This document shows positions 8,834 to 17,939 of a stretch of DNA of 24,000 nt, in pieces. The position numbers were made by a program, and so were the translations under genes. Below the pieces are notes generated by a model. That model was given only the letters and a program-made list of their open reading frames with translations, made no database searches and was not told where the DNA came from. Within the stretch, counting starts at the first letter, position 1; each line of letters opens with the position of its first letter. This DNA comes from Antarcticibacterium arcticum (lineage in GTDB: Bacteria; Bacteroidota; Bacteroidia; Flavobacteriales; Flavobacteriaceae): the NCBI RefSeq assembly GCF_007993795.1, contig NZ_CP042476.1:43509-67508 (forward strand), given 5' to 3'.

Positions 8834-9928
8834 TTAATAGATTGCAAAAGAGGCCAATAGAGATATCGTGGCCGCAATGACAGCTAATGTAAGAAATATT
8901 CCATTGAGTAAAATAAATTTAACAAGGGTTTTAAATCTACCCTGTTTGTAGAATTTTCGTAAGGCTTTATATAAATAGAATAAAAATACAAGGCTGGCAA
9001 AGCCGGTAATGGATGAGGTGTTTAAAATGTAATCCAGTATAAGCGCGAAGGCCATAATTACAAAAAAGGTACTTTGCACGTGGAAGGTGAAGATGAGATG
9101 TTCCATATAATTAAATGGCCTTCTCCAATAAAGTAACCATATGAAGAGCGCAAAAACCGGCAGGTAGAAGAAAATAATTAAAGGGAGTTTGCTAATAAAG
9201 TATTTCACAAAAATCATTGGTTCCTCTTTGAAGGCCGTATAATCTACTACCTTTTTATACATCCATTTATTGTAGGTGGAGGGATAGTGATGAAGGCTGT
9301 CCATAGCGGTTTCTGAATTCCGAATTTCTGTCTCGAGATAGAACTGCTCATACAATTCAAGTTGCGGGGCAAAGGAGTTGAACAAGCCCAGGCTGTCCAT
9401 TTCCTTTTCCGAAATATATTTATCTTGATATGATTTAGCTGCGGGGGGGCGTTCCCCCAGTAAAAGAGAATCTATATTAAGAGGAGAATTTTGAAGTGCA
9501 GGCACTTTGTTGAGATCTTCCCGTAATTTCTCTAACTCCTCCGGGCTTAATTCCTGTACTTCCTGCGCGTTATTTGCACCTGCATCTCCAAAATCAAAAC
9601 TATTGGTGAAACTATAGATTATAAAAAAGATAATGGAGACACTTAAATAGAATTTGAAAGGGTTGGCATATCTCACGCGTTTCCCATTCTTATAATCATC
9701 TGTAAGTTTACCCGGACTAAACAACAGGACGCTAAGCGTGTTCCTTAATTTAGAATCATAGGCAAAGACCCCGGCAAAGAATTCATAGAAAAAATCGTCA
9801 AAGGAAAGTTTTTTAGTACTGTTCAATTGCCCGCAGGAAGGGCAATACTTATCACTTATATCAAGTGGATGATCGCAGTTGAGGCAATTACTACCTCTAT
9901 ACTCTCTTGCAGAGCGATGTTTTTTCAT
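8834..9928 (-). CDS. DUF3667-type zinc-ribbon polytopic membrane protein
   Basis: The N-terminal zinc ribbon is CLNCDHPL...YCPSCGQ, followed by LLFSPGKLTDDYKNGKRVRYANPFKFYL. There are about 5 hydrophobic helices and an acidic central segment (EELEKLREDL). The family call is from pattern recall. Confidence 0.6.
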   Translation of the reverse strand: MKKHRSAREYRGSNCLNCDHPLDISDKYCPSCGQLNSTKKLSFDDFFYEFFAGVFAYDSKLRNTLSVLLFSPGKLTDDYKNGKRVRYANPFKFYLSVSIIFFIIYSFTNSFDFGDAGANNAQEVQELSPEELEKLREDLNKVPALQNSPLNIDSLLLGERPPAAKSYQDKYISEKEMDSLGLFNSFAPQLELYEQFYLETEIRNSETAMDSLHHYPSTYNKWMYKKVVDYTAFKEEPMIFVKYFISKLPLIIFFYLPVFALFIWLLYWRRPFNYMEHLIFTFHVQSTFFVIMAFALILDYILNTSSITGFASLVFLFYLYKALRKFYKQGRFKTLVKFILLNGIFLTLAVIAATISLLASFAIY

Positions 9929-9955
9929 ACTTAGGTAATGTTATGATCAAGTAAT

Positions 9956-11203
9956 TCAATGTGTTATATTGATTGAATTTGCGCTTCCCACTCCAATTAT
10001 TTGATCATAACGTGCGCCTATATCCCGGAAATATACCAGAACCTGATATTCATTTTCAGTCTTTTCATAATTTCCGCCTATATATCCCGGGTCTAAACTG
10101 CCATCTTCATTTAAAAGTACATAATTATAATCGTAATAACCCTGTTTAAATAAAAGAGCGTTTTCATATAAGCCAGATTCCGCATTATACCTCATTAAAG
10201 TGGAATCATCGAGTTCATAATTGTTGAAAGCTCCATACAGGTGTAGTTCGGCACCCTGCAAAGGATCATAATTAAGGAGGCTAAAATGTGTCCAGACATA
10301 TTCAGCTTCAATGTCCGGATTCTGGCCCTGCATGGTGCGTATTACAAACTGCCCGTTAATATCGGGATTGTAGGTATAAGGGTTAGATTCCCGGGACCTG
10401 TCAGTAAACAAAAAGTGATGATATATATCCCGCAGTTCAATACGACCAATATTTAAGGTAGAGGATCGTGCATCTTTGCTGTCAAATTTTAGAAATTCAT
10501 TGCCGCCCCAAAAGGATGTTGGTTGGTCATACCGGTAAATAAGCTCATTTCCCAGGGAATATTGGGGGGTGATATTTGTTATTGCGCTTTTCAGGTCATG
10601 ATTTTGAAGGATCATAACATTTACGGTCCTGTCTGGATTTCTTAGGATCATATCTGGTGAGGAGACCGTAAAATTCACCGTTTGTTTCTTATTAATAAAT
10701 TGCAGGTCCCTCGATCTTCTTATGTTTACAGCCACCTGGGTAATAGGTTGATACACCATAAACCTTCTTGAAAAAACCAATTCTTTTTCGCTGTTAAAGA
10801 CATTGATTATATAATTGCCGGAGACTTTAAGTCCCTGGGTGTCCCGGTTGGGAATGCTTACTTCATAATGTGTATACGGCTGAAGGGTATTATAGGAGTT
10901 TGCATAATTCAGAATCCTTACATTGTCAAAACCAGCAAGGTATTCAGATTTTACAAGTTCAGATGGAGTCCAGTCATAATTAAGATGTTCTATGGTATAA
11001 TAATAATCTGCCTCGTCCCCAATAATATCATCAAATTTAAGGGTGAGCGTTTCACCAAGACTTATAACCGGATTGCCATTAATGCCTGAGTTGCCTTTTA
11101 GCTCAATGGTTTTTATATAATTTGGCGCCGGAATATCCATTTTGGGCTGTCCAAAAATGAATCCGGTAAACAGTAGGAGAGTGCCAATGTTAAATCTTTT
11201 CAT
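9956..11203 (-). CDS. DUF5103 / type IX secretion Plug-like protein
   Basis: The signal peptide MKRFNIGTLLLFTGFIFGQ begins at the internal ATG at 11203. The ORF-track start at 11269 adds 22 unlikely residues. Family-like features are IKTIELKG...NPVISLGE.L.L.FDDI.GDEADYYYTIEHLNYDWTPSEL...EYL.GF, then NTLQPYTHY...PN...SGNY. Confidence 0.5.
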   Translation of the reverse strand: MKRFNIGTLLLFTGFIFGQPKMDIPAPNYIKTIELKGNSGINGNPVISLGETLTLKFDDIIGDEADYYYTIEHLNYDWTPSELVKSEYLAGFDNVRILNYANSYNTLQPYTHYEVSIPNRDTQGLKVSGNYIINVFNSEKELVFSRRFMVYQPITQVAVNIRRSRDLQFINKKQTVNFTVSSPDMILRNPDRTVNVMILQNHDLKSAITNITPQYSLGNELIYRYDQPTSFWGGNEFLKFDSKDARSSTLNIGRIELRDIYHHFLFTDRSRESNPYTYNPDINGQFVIRTMQGQNPDIEAEYVWTHFSLLNYDPLQGAELHLYGAFNNYELDDSTLMRYNAESGLYENALLFKQGYYDYNYVLLNEDGSLDPGYIGGNYEKTENEYQVLVYFRDIGARYDQIIGVGSANSINITH

Positions 11204-11385
11204 GCTGCTGTAAATTATTACCACATTTTTATCCCTATTTGTTGAAAAAATTCGGAATATTTTAACCAAATATGACCTTCATCATTTTTCAATTTTGGAA
11301 ATAAGAATAAAGATATTACAAATTCTATTCCTTAAAATAATCTTAATGATTTATATGGTTTAGAGATGAAAATATTACGATTTCT

Positions 11386-11418
11386 TTGGGTGATATGGGG
11401 TTAAAATTAGTAAATTTG
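11386..11418 (+). promoter_or_regulatory. Candidate Bacteroidota sigma-A promoter of the nqr operon
   Basis: TAAATTTG at 11411-11418 matches the -7 consensus TAnnTTTG exactly. It lies 40 nt upstream of the nqrA ATG. A TTG at 11386-11388 sits 22 nt upstream as a possible -33 element. Confidence 0.4.
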
Positions 11419-11457
11419 CCCACCAATAAAATTAATATTTAATTTACACTCCATCCT

Positions 11458-12798
11458 ATGTCAAAAGACATTCGAATTAAAAGAGGATTATCTCTACGGT
11501 TAAAAGGGGAGGCGGAAAAACAACTTGTGGAGGCTCCCAGGTCTAAGACCTATGCTATCAAACCTCCCGATTTTCACTCGGTAATTCCAAAAATGGTTGT
11601 AAAAGAAGGTGACAGAGTCCTTGCGGGTGACGCGCTTTTCTTTTCAAAATATGCAGAAGAGGTTATTTTTACCTCTCCTGTAAGCGGAACTGTGCTGGAA
11701 ATAAAAAGAGGTGCTAAACGTCGCATTCTTGAAGTTATCGTGGAGGCAGATCCCAGTGACACTTATAAAGATTTTGGGAAATTAAGTGCCGCCTCATCCA
11801 ATCCGGAAATTGTAAAAAGCAGAATTCTGGAAAGTGGTTGCGGGGCGTTCATTATCCAAAGGCCTTATGACATTGTTGCAGACCCTGCAGATACCCCTAA
11901 GGCTATCTTTATTTCTGCTGTAAGCACAGCTCCTTTGGCGGCAGATCTTGGATTTGTTCTTAAAGATAAAGTAGCAGCATTTCAGGAAGGGGTGTATGCC
12001 CTCCAAAAACTAACTGCAGGAAAAGTGCATCTTTCAATAGATGATAAAACGTCTTTTCTTAAAGATATTAAAGGAGTAGAACTTCATAACGTAAAAGGGC
12101 CACACCCCGCAGGTAATGTTGGGGTGCAAATACATAACATTGATCCCATAAATATTGGGGACAGGGTGTGGACTATTGGCGCTGAAGATGTTTCTATACT
12201 TGGAAATGTATTCCTTACCGGGCAGTACCATGCAGACAGGACTGTTGCGCTAACCGGGAGTGAAGCAAAGGAACGTAAATATTACAAAACCAAAATTGGA
12301 GCAAATTCTATAGATCTTGTAGGAGATGTTTCTGAAGATATAAGGATAATTTCAGGAGATGTGCTTACCGGAACAAAACTTTCGGTAAATCAATACCTTG
12401 GATTTTTTCCCAATTCTGTAACTCTTATTCCTGAAGGTAATAAACACAGAATGCTTGGATGGTTGCCATTCACCTATAATAACATTCATTCCAATTCAAG
12501 AACTTCATTGTCTTTCTTATTTCCAAATAAGAAATACGAACCCAATACAAACCTGAACGGTGAGGAAAGGGCGCTGGTTGTAACCGGTGAAATGGAGGAA
12601 GTTTTCCCAATGGATATCTACCCTATGCAGCTTCTTAAAGCTTGTATGGCAGGGGAAATTGAAAAAATGGAAAATCTGGGTATCTACGAAGTAGCACCAG
12701 AGGATTTTGCATTGATCGATTATGTGAACACTTCTAAAATTGAAGCACAGGAAATTATTCGCTTAGGGTTGGATTTAATGATTACCGAAGTAGGTTAA
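11458..12798 (+). CDS. nqrA: Na+-translocating NADH:quinone oxidoreductase subunit A
   Basis: 446 aa with N-terminus MSKDIRIKRGL.L.L.GEAE. It is first in a canonical six-gene nqr order. Confidence 0.9.
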   Translation: MSKDIRIKRGLSLRLKGEAEKQLVEAPRSKTYAIKPPDFHSVIPKMVVKEGDRVLAGDALFFSKYAEEVIFTSPVSGTVLEIKRGAKRRILEVIVEADPSDTYKDFGKLSAASSNPEIVKSRILESGCGAFIIQRPYDIVADPADTPKAIFISAVSTAPLAADLGFVLKDKVAAFQEGVYALQKLTAGKVHLSIDDKTSFLKDIKGVELHNVKGPHPAGNVGVQIHNIDPINIGDRVWTIGAEDVSILGNVFLTGQYHADRTVALTGSEAKERKYYKTKIGANSIDLVGDVSEDIRIISGDVLTGTKLSVNQYLGFFPNSVTLIPEGNKHRMLGWLPFTYNNIHSNSRTSLSFLFPNKKYEPNTNLNGEERALVVTGEMEEVFPMDIYPMQLLKACMAGEIEKMENLGIYEVAPEDFALIDYVNTSKIEAQEIIRLGLDLMITEVG

Positions 12799-12809
12799 AA
12801 AGTTTAAAT

Positions 12810-13994
12810 ATGGAATGGATAAGACAACGTTTAGATAAATTAAAAGAACCCTTTGGTAAAGGGAAAAAACTTGAGAAATATGCCCCCGCTTTTAATGCGC
12901 TGGATACTTTCCTCTTTACTCCAGATCATACCACACAAAAGGGAGCTCACGTAAGAGATGCTGTAGATCTTAAAAGAACCATGATCACTGTGGTCATTGC
13001 TTTGATCCCAGCACTGCTTTTTGGAATGTGGAATGGTGGTTACCAGCACTACACGCAGTTAGGAGTGGAATTCACTTTTTGGGATGCCTTCCTTCATGGA
13101 GCCTGGAAAATAGTTCCAATGATCGTGGTTTCCTATGCAGTAGGTTTGGGAATTGAATTTCTTTTTGCTATTAAAAGAGGGCATGAAGTAAATGAGGGTT
13201 ACCTGGTAACAGGATTATTAATCCCAATGATCATGCCTATAGATATTCCTTTATGGATGGTGGCGATATCTGTAGTTTTTGCGGTGCTTATAGGAAAAGA
13301 AGCATTTGGAGGAACAGGAATGAATATTTTAAATCCTGCTTTAATGGCAAGGGCCTTCGCCTTCTTTGCGTATCCTACTTATATGAGCGGTAACCAGGTT
13401 TGGGTGAGTGATGCTACTACGGTAGATGCAATTTCCGGAGAAACTATTCTTGGAACATTAGCTGCAGGAGAACAGGTGAATTATGATTCAATGAACATGT
13501 TTATGGGTACAATCCCCGGCTCTATTGCAGAGACTTCAACACTTCTGGTGTTGGTTGGGGCTTTGATCCTAATACTTACCAAAGTTGGTAGCTGGAGAAT
13601 AATTTTGAGCAGTTTTATAGGTGCAGCAGTTATGGCGCTTATTTTTAATGCTTTACCATCATTGGGAATTGAGGGTAATACCCTTACAAACTTTCCCTGG
13701 TATCAACATTTAATTGTAGGTGGTCTGGCGTTTGGTATCGTGTTTATGGCTACAGATCCTGTATCTGCATCCCAGACAATTAAAGGTAAATGGATCTATG
13801 GTTTCTTAATAGGGTTCTTTGCGGTAATGATAAGGATCTTTAATCCTGCTTACCCTGAAGGGATCATGCTCGCTATCCTGTTAATGAATGTATTTGCCCC
13901 TGTAATTGACCATTATGTAATCCAGGCCAATGTGAAAAGAAGGGTAAAAAGGAAGAATGAAGCCATGAACAAGCAAATTAATACAGCAGTTTAA
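12810..13994 (+). CDS. nqrB: Na+-NQR subunit B
   Basis: 394-aa polytopic membrane protein with MATDPVSAS and a flavinylation-site region VDAISGET. It starts 11 nt after nqrA. Confidence 0.9.
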   Translation: MEWIRQRLDKLKEPFGKGKKLEKYAPAFNALDTFLFTPDHTTQKGAHVRDAVDLKRTMITVVIALIPALLFGMWNGGYQHYTQLGVEFTFWDAFLHGAWKIVPMIVVSYAVGLGIEFLFAIKRGHEVNEGYLVTGLLIPMIMPIDIPLWMVAISVVFAVLIGKEAFGGTGMNILNPALMARAFAFFAYPTYMSGNQVWVSDATTVDAISGETILGTLAAGEQVNYDSMNMFMGTIPGSIAETSTLLVLVGALILILTKVGSWRIILSSFIGAAVMALIFNALPSLGIEGNTLTNFPWYQHLIVGGLAFGIVFMATDPVSASQTIKGKWIYGFLIGFFAVMIRIFNPAYPEGIMLAILLMNVFAPVIDHYVIQANVKRRVKRKNEAMNKQINTAV

Positions 13995-13995
13995 T

Positions 13996-14736
13996 ATGGA
14001 ACAGAAATCAGTAAATAAAACAAACTCCAACGCTTATACCTTCATTTTTGCAATCGTGATGGTGGTAGTAGTTGGGAGTATACTCGCCTTCGCAGCAACT
14101 TCCCTGCAGCCTACGCAGTATGAGAATATGAGGCAGGAGAAAATGCAGAACATTCTGGCAACTGTGGGTGTAGAAACAGAGCGATCTGAAGCTGAAGGTT
14201 TATACCGCCAATATATCACCGAAGAGATTGTACTCGATTCAAATGGTGATGTAAAAGAAGGGGTAAAAGCATTTGATGTAGATCTTGCCAAAGAGATAAA
14301 AAGAAAGAAGGAAGAACAAAATTTTCCTTTATATATAGCTGATGTTGACGGTGAAAAATTTTATATAATTCCGCTTCGTGGAGCAGGGTTATGGAATGCA
14401 ATCTTTGGATACATAGCTTTAAAGGACGATGTTAACACCGTAAAAGGGGTGGTGTTTGATCACCTTGGGGAAACCCCGGGACTGGGAGCTGAAATTACCC
14501 AGGTTTGGTTTCAGGAGCGTTATGCCGATGAAAAGGTATTTGACGAAAGTGGTAATTTAGTAGGAATATCTGCTCCTAAAGGTGCTCCAAGTACTTCAAA
14601 GGATGATAACCGGGTAGATGCTATTTCGGGTGCTACCATTACTGTAGATGGTGTAAGTGAAATGATCTCTGAAAGACTTCAGCATTATTTGGCTTACTTC
14701 AAAGCCCAGTCTGACATTAACGTCCCAAATAATTAA
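13996..14736 (+). CDS. nqrC: Na+-NQR subunit C
   Basis: 246 aa with a single N-terminal TM helix. It has GETPGLG and the covalent-FMN motif DAISGATIT. It starts 1 nt after nqrB. Confidence 0.9.
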   Translation: MEQKSVNKTNSNAYTFIFAIVMVVVVGSILAFAATSLQPTQYENMRQEKMQNILATVGVETERSEAEGLYRQYITEEIVLDSNGDVKEGVKAFDVDLAKEIKRKKEEQNFPLYIADVDGEKFYIIPLRGAGLWNAIFGYIALKDDVNTVKGVVFDHLGETPGLGAEITQVWFQERYADEKVFDESGNLVGISAPKGAPSTSKDDNRVDAISGATITVDGVSEMISERLQHYLAYFKAQSDINVPNN

Positions 14737-14740
14737 TACT

Positions 14741-15508
14741 ATGGCTAAGGAAACACAAAATACACCTGAGCAAATAGCTCAGGGATCAATACAACAGAAG
14801 GAAGCCAAAAAGGAAGCTTTGATGCTCTTTTTGTCCAATAATGAAGAACGCGAACATTTTCTTTCCAAAAAGAACAGAAAATTACTAACAGATCCTCTTG
14901 ATGATAATAACCCTATCACCGTTCAGGTTTTGGGTATTTGTAGTGCACTGGCCATCACGGTGCAGCTGGAGCCTGCAGTAGTTATGGCGATAGCCGTAAC
15001 AGCGGTAATGGCCTTCTCAAACATGATCATCTCTATGTTGAGGAATATGATTCCCAGCAGGATAAGGATTATTGTTCAGCTGGTTGTTGTGGCATCTCTT
15101 GTGGCTCTTGTAGACCAGGTTTTAAGAGCTTATGCGTATGATGTAAGTAAACAGCTTTCAGTATTTATTGGTCTTATTATTACCAATTGTATTGTAATGG
15201 GTCGTTTGGAAGCATTTGCCTTAGGAAACGGAGTTTATAAATCTTTCCTTGATGGTATTGGAAATGCTGCCGGTTACGGACTTATACTTATCATCGTGGC
15301 ATTTTTCAGGGAGCTTTTAGGTTCGGGAAAATTATTCGGATATGAAATTTTAGGGCATAAAGGCGCTACCCTGGCAGAGAGTTCAGGATTGTACGCCTGG
15401 GGATATGAAAATAACGGTTTAATGCTGTTATCTCCAATGGCTTTAATTGTGGTGGGTATCCTTATTTGGGTGCAACGTTCAAGAAACCGAAAACTAATTG
15501 AAGCCTAA
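14741..15508 (+). CDS. nqrD: Na+-NQR subunit D (start uncertain; alternative ATG at 14822)
   Basis: The conserved core reads [17 protein letters not shown]...ITNCIVMGR...[12 protein letters not shown]. The first 27 codons are hydrophilic and not part of the recognisable core. Confidence 0.85.
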   Translation: MAKETQNTPEQIAQGSIQQKEAKKEALMLFLSNNEEREHFLSKKNRKLLTDPLDDNNPITVQVLGICSALAITVQLEPAVVMAIAVTAVMAFSNMIISMLRNMIPSRIRIIVQLVVVASLVALVDQVLRAYAYDVSKQLSVFIGLIITNCIVMGRLEAFALGNGVYKSFLDGIGNAAGYGLILIIVAFFRELLGSGKLFGYEILGHKGATLAESSGLYAWGYENNGLMLLSPMALIVVGILIWVQRSRNRKLIEA

Positions 15509-15532
15509 TCAATAACAGATAAAAATTAAACT

Positions 15533-16147
15533 ATGGATTATTTAAATTTATTCGTTAGGAGTATTTTCATCGAGAATATGATCTTCGCATATTTCCTTGG
15601 AATGTGTTCTTACCTGGCGGTTTCCAAAACAATGAAAACTGCTGTTGGTTTAGGTGCTGCCGTGATCTTTGTACTTAGTATTACCGTGCCGTTAAACTTT
15701 TTATTGGATACTTATTTATTACGTCCGGGAGCATTGAGCTGGTTAGGTGCTGAATATGCCGAAATTGACCTTAGCTTCCTGAGCTTTATAATGTTCATTG
15801 CGGTTATTGCTGCAATGGTACAACTGGTTGAAATGATCGTGGAGAAATTTGCCCCTGCACTTTACGGGGCTTTGGGTATCTTCCTTCCCTTGATCGCAGT
15901 AAACTGTGCAATTCTGGGTGGGGCATTATTTATGCAACAAAAGGATTTCCCGGGAATAGATTATGCTCTAACCTATGGAGTTGGTAGTGGTATTGGATGG
16001 TTCCTAGCAATAATAGGAATTGCCGCAATTCGTGAAAAAATTACCTACTCAAATGTTCCGGGCCCGTTAAAAGGATTAGGAATTACCTTCATAATCACCG
16101 GCCTTATGGCACTAGGATTTATGAGTTTTATGGGTATAAAAATATAA
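15533..16147 (+). CDS. nqrE: Na+-NQR subunit E
   Basis: 204-aa membrane protein with [10 protein letters not shown] and AVNCAILG, the Cys pairs that mirror NqrD. Confidence 0.9.
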   Translation: MDYLNLFVRSIFIENMIFAYFLGMCSYLAVSKTMKTAVGLGAAVIFVLSITVPLNFLLDTYLLRPGALSWLGAEYAEIDLSFLSFIMFIAVIAAMVQLVEMIVEKFAPALYGALGIFLPLIAVNCAILGGALFMQQKDFPGIDYALTYGVGSGIGWFLAIIGIAAIREKITYSNVPGPLKGLGITFIITGLMALGFMSFMGIKI

Positions 16148-16156
16148 ATAGAAGAT

Positions 16157-17446
16157 ATGACAGTTATTATAGCAAGTGTAATTGTATTTTTGGTTTTGAT
16201 CCTGCTTTTGGTGGCTATGCTATTGGGAGCCAAGGCAAAACTAATTCCCTCAGGACCTGTAAAGATAAATATTAACGGTGAGAAGGATCTTGAAGTAGGG
16301 TCCGGTGGAACTTTACTTACTACCCTTGGAGACAATAAATTATTTTTACCTTCTGCCTGTGGTGGTGGTGGTACCTGTGTACAATGTAAATGTATTGTTT
16401 CTGAAGGTGGAGGAAGTATACTTCCTACTGAAGAACCACATTTTACCCGTAAAGAGATCGCACAGGGATGGAGACTGGGTTGCCAGGTGAAGGTAAAACA
16501 GGATATGAAGATCACAATTCCTGAAGAAGTATTCGGGATCAAGAAATGGGAAGCTACCGTGGTAAGTAACTATAACGTGGCCTCATTTATCAAGGAATTT
16601 GTAGTTGAAATTCCTGAAGATATGGACTATAAAGCCGGTGGATATATTCAAATTGAAATTCCTAAAGGTGAAGTTCCGTTTAAGGATATGGATATTACAG
16701 CACATCCTGAGGAACACCCGGGAGAACCTCAAAAGTTCAAGGATGAGTGGGATAAATTCCAGTTATGGCCATTGGTAATGAAAAATGGTGAAACTGTAGA
16801 GCGTGCCTACTCAATGGCCTCTTACCCTGCTGAAGGTAGAAGGATCATGCTTAACGTACGTATTGCAACCCCACCCTGGGACAGGGCTAAGAATGGCTGG
16901 ATGGATGTGAATCCTGGTATAGCCTCCTCTTATATCTTCTCAAGAAAAGAAGGTGATAAAGTTATTATTTCTGGTCCTTACGGAGAATTCTTTATCAACG
17001 AGAGTGAAGCCGAAATGCTTTATGTGGGTGGTGGAGCCGGAATGGCACCAATGCGTTCACACCTTTATGAATTATTCAGAACCATTAAAACCGGTAGAAA
17101 AGTTACTTACTGGTATGGAGGACGTTCAAAAAGAGAACTATTCTATACAGAGCACTTTAGAGCTTTGGAAAGAGATTTTCCAAATTTCAAATTCTATCTG
17201 GCACTTTCAGAGCCAATGGAGGAGGACAACTGGAAAGTTAAAGATGGTATTGAAGGAGAAGGAGATGGTTTTGTTGGATTCATTCACCAGGTTGTAATAG
17301 ATAACTATTTGCAATACCACGAAGCCCCTGAAGATATTGAGTATTACTTCTGTGGCCCACCTCTTATGAATAAGGCTGTTGAGCAAATGACCGAGGATTT
17401 TGGGGTTCCCCCTGAAAATGTAAGATTTGATGATTTTGGAGGTTAA
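16157..17446 (+). CDS. nqrF: Na+-NQR subunit F
   Basis: N-terminal TM helix, 2Fe-2S motif [12 protein letters not shown]...GCQV, FAD site RAYSMAS and NADH site [12 protein letters not shown]. Confidence 0.92.
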   Translation: MTVIIASVIVFLVLILLLVAMLLGAKAKLIPSGPVKININGEKDLEVGSGGTLLTTLGDNKLFLPSACGGGGTCVQCKCIVSEGGGSILPTEEPHFTRKEIAQGWRLGCQVKVKQDMKITIPEEVFGIKKWEATVVSNYNVASFIKEFVVEIPEDMDYKAGGYIQIEIPKGEVPFKDMDITAHPEEHPGEPQKFKDEWDKFQLWPLVMKNGETVERAYSMASYPAEGRRIMLNVRIATPPWDRAKNGWMDVNPGIASSYIFSRKEGDKVIISGPYGEFFINESEAEMLYVGGGAGMAPMRSHLYELFRTIKTGRKVTYWYGGRSKRELFYTEHFRALERDFPNFKFYLALSEPMEEDNWKVKDGIEGEGDGFVGFIHQVVIDNYLQYHEAPEDIEYYFCGPPLMNKAVEQMTEDFGVPPENVRFDDFGG

Positions 17447-17468
17447 TCCAAAATCTCGATGATAAATT

Positions 17469-17502
17469 AAAACAGTCACCTCAGGGTGGCTGTTTTTGCT
17501 TT
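17469..17502 (+). terminator. Intrinsic terminator after nqrF
   Basis: AAACAGTCACC-TCAG-GGTGGCTGTTT forms an 11-bp stem with one G-U pair. It is followed by TTGCTTTT and starts 23 nt after the nqrF stop. Confidence 0.7.
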
Positions 17503-17576
17503 TACTGTCATGACAAACCTCTTAAATTTTTGTTGATATCCTATAAAAACCCTTATATGTTGTATTTTTGAACTCC

Positions 17577-17939
17577 ATGAGTAATGAACTTAGTATACAG
17601 GAACTTCACAACCTTGCAATGAATATTGTAGGGAAAGACCTTGAAGATAATGGGTATGAATTTTTAGGAATTAAAAGTGACCTTAAAAGCAATCCCCAGT
17701 TTGTAGCCCTTAGGGAAAAGAAGCTTCATTTCGTAATAGTAAGGGCTGTTACTTATCCGCAAAATCCCAAAGAATATGATGGGGCTTTTATGGAAAAGAT
17801 GAAACAGCACGCTTTAAAATTCAATGCCCGAACTTTCTATGCTGGAGTGGGGCTTGCAAATTCAGATAATTATGACACACCTGTCTCCCGTGACCAGGAT
17901 TATATTGTTAACTTTGAAGGCCTTCAGGAAATACTATAA
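17577..17939 (+). CDS. Hypothetical soluble protein (120 aa) between nqrF and apbE
   Basis: ORF from ATG 17577; the track lists a TTG at 17568. It has no Cys, no TM helix and no signal peptide. The segment GYEFLG...PQFVALREKKLHFVIVRA loosely resembles a degenerate nuclease-like alpha/beta core. No family was recognised. Confidence 0.45.
   Translation: MSNELSIQELHNLAMNIVGKDLEDNGYEFLGIKSDLKSNPQFVALREKKLHFVIVRAVTYPQNPKEYDGAFMEKMKQHALKFNARTFYAGVGLANSDNYDTPVSRDQDYIVNFEGLQEIL

Noticed and set aside
8833-8877. N-terminal 15 codons of the track's 143-aa ApaG ORF, and likewise 11204-11269 for the DUF5103 ORF
   Set aside because: The ApaG extension overlaps the upstream gene. The DUF5103 extension precedes a canonical signal peptide. 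Internal ATGs at 8832 and 11203 give family-typical N-termini.
16045-16542. 165-aa minus-strand ORF
   Set aside because: It is antisense to the nqrE 3' end and nqrF 5' end, both of which carry unambiguous family motifs. The translation is low-complexity (PPPPQ) with no motif.
16953-17297. 114-aa plus-strand ORF inside nqrF
   Set aside because: It is an out-of-frame overlap with the FAD/NADH-binding domain of NqrF, whose motifs confirm the annotated frame.
17824-17913. ORF-track start of apbE at 17824
   Set aside because: It would put 30 non-signal residues in front of a textbook lipoprotein signal peptide and overlap the upstream ORF by 116 nt. A later start, TTG 17914 or ATG 17872, is more plausible, though unproven.
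17577-17939. The small ORF after nqrF as NqrM, the Nqr maturation factor
   Set aside because: As I recall it, NqrM is a shorter single-TM protein with conserved cysteines. This ORF has no Cys and no hydrophobic helix.
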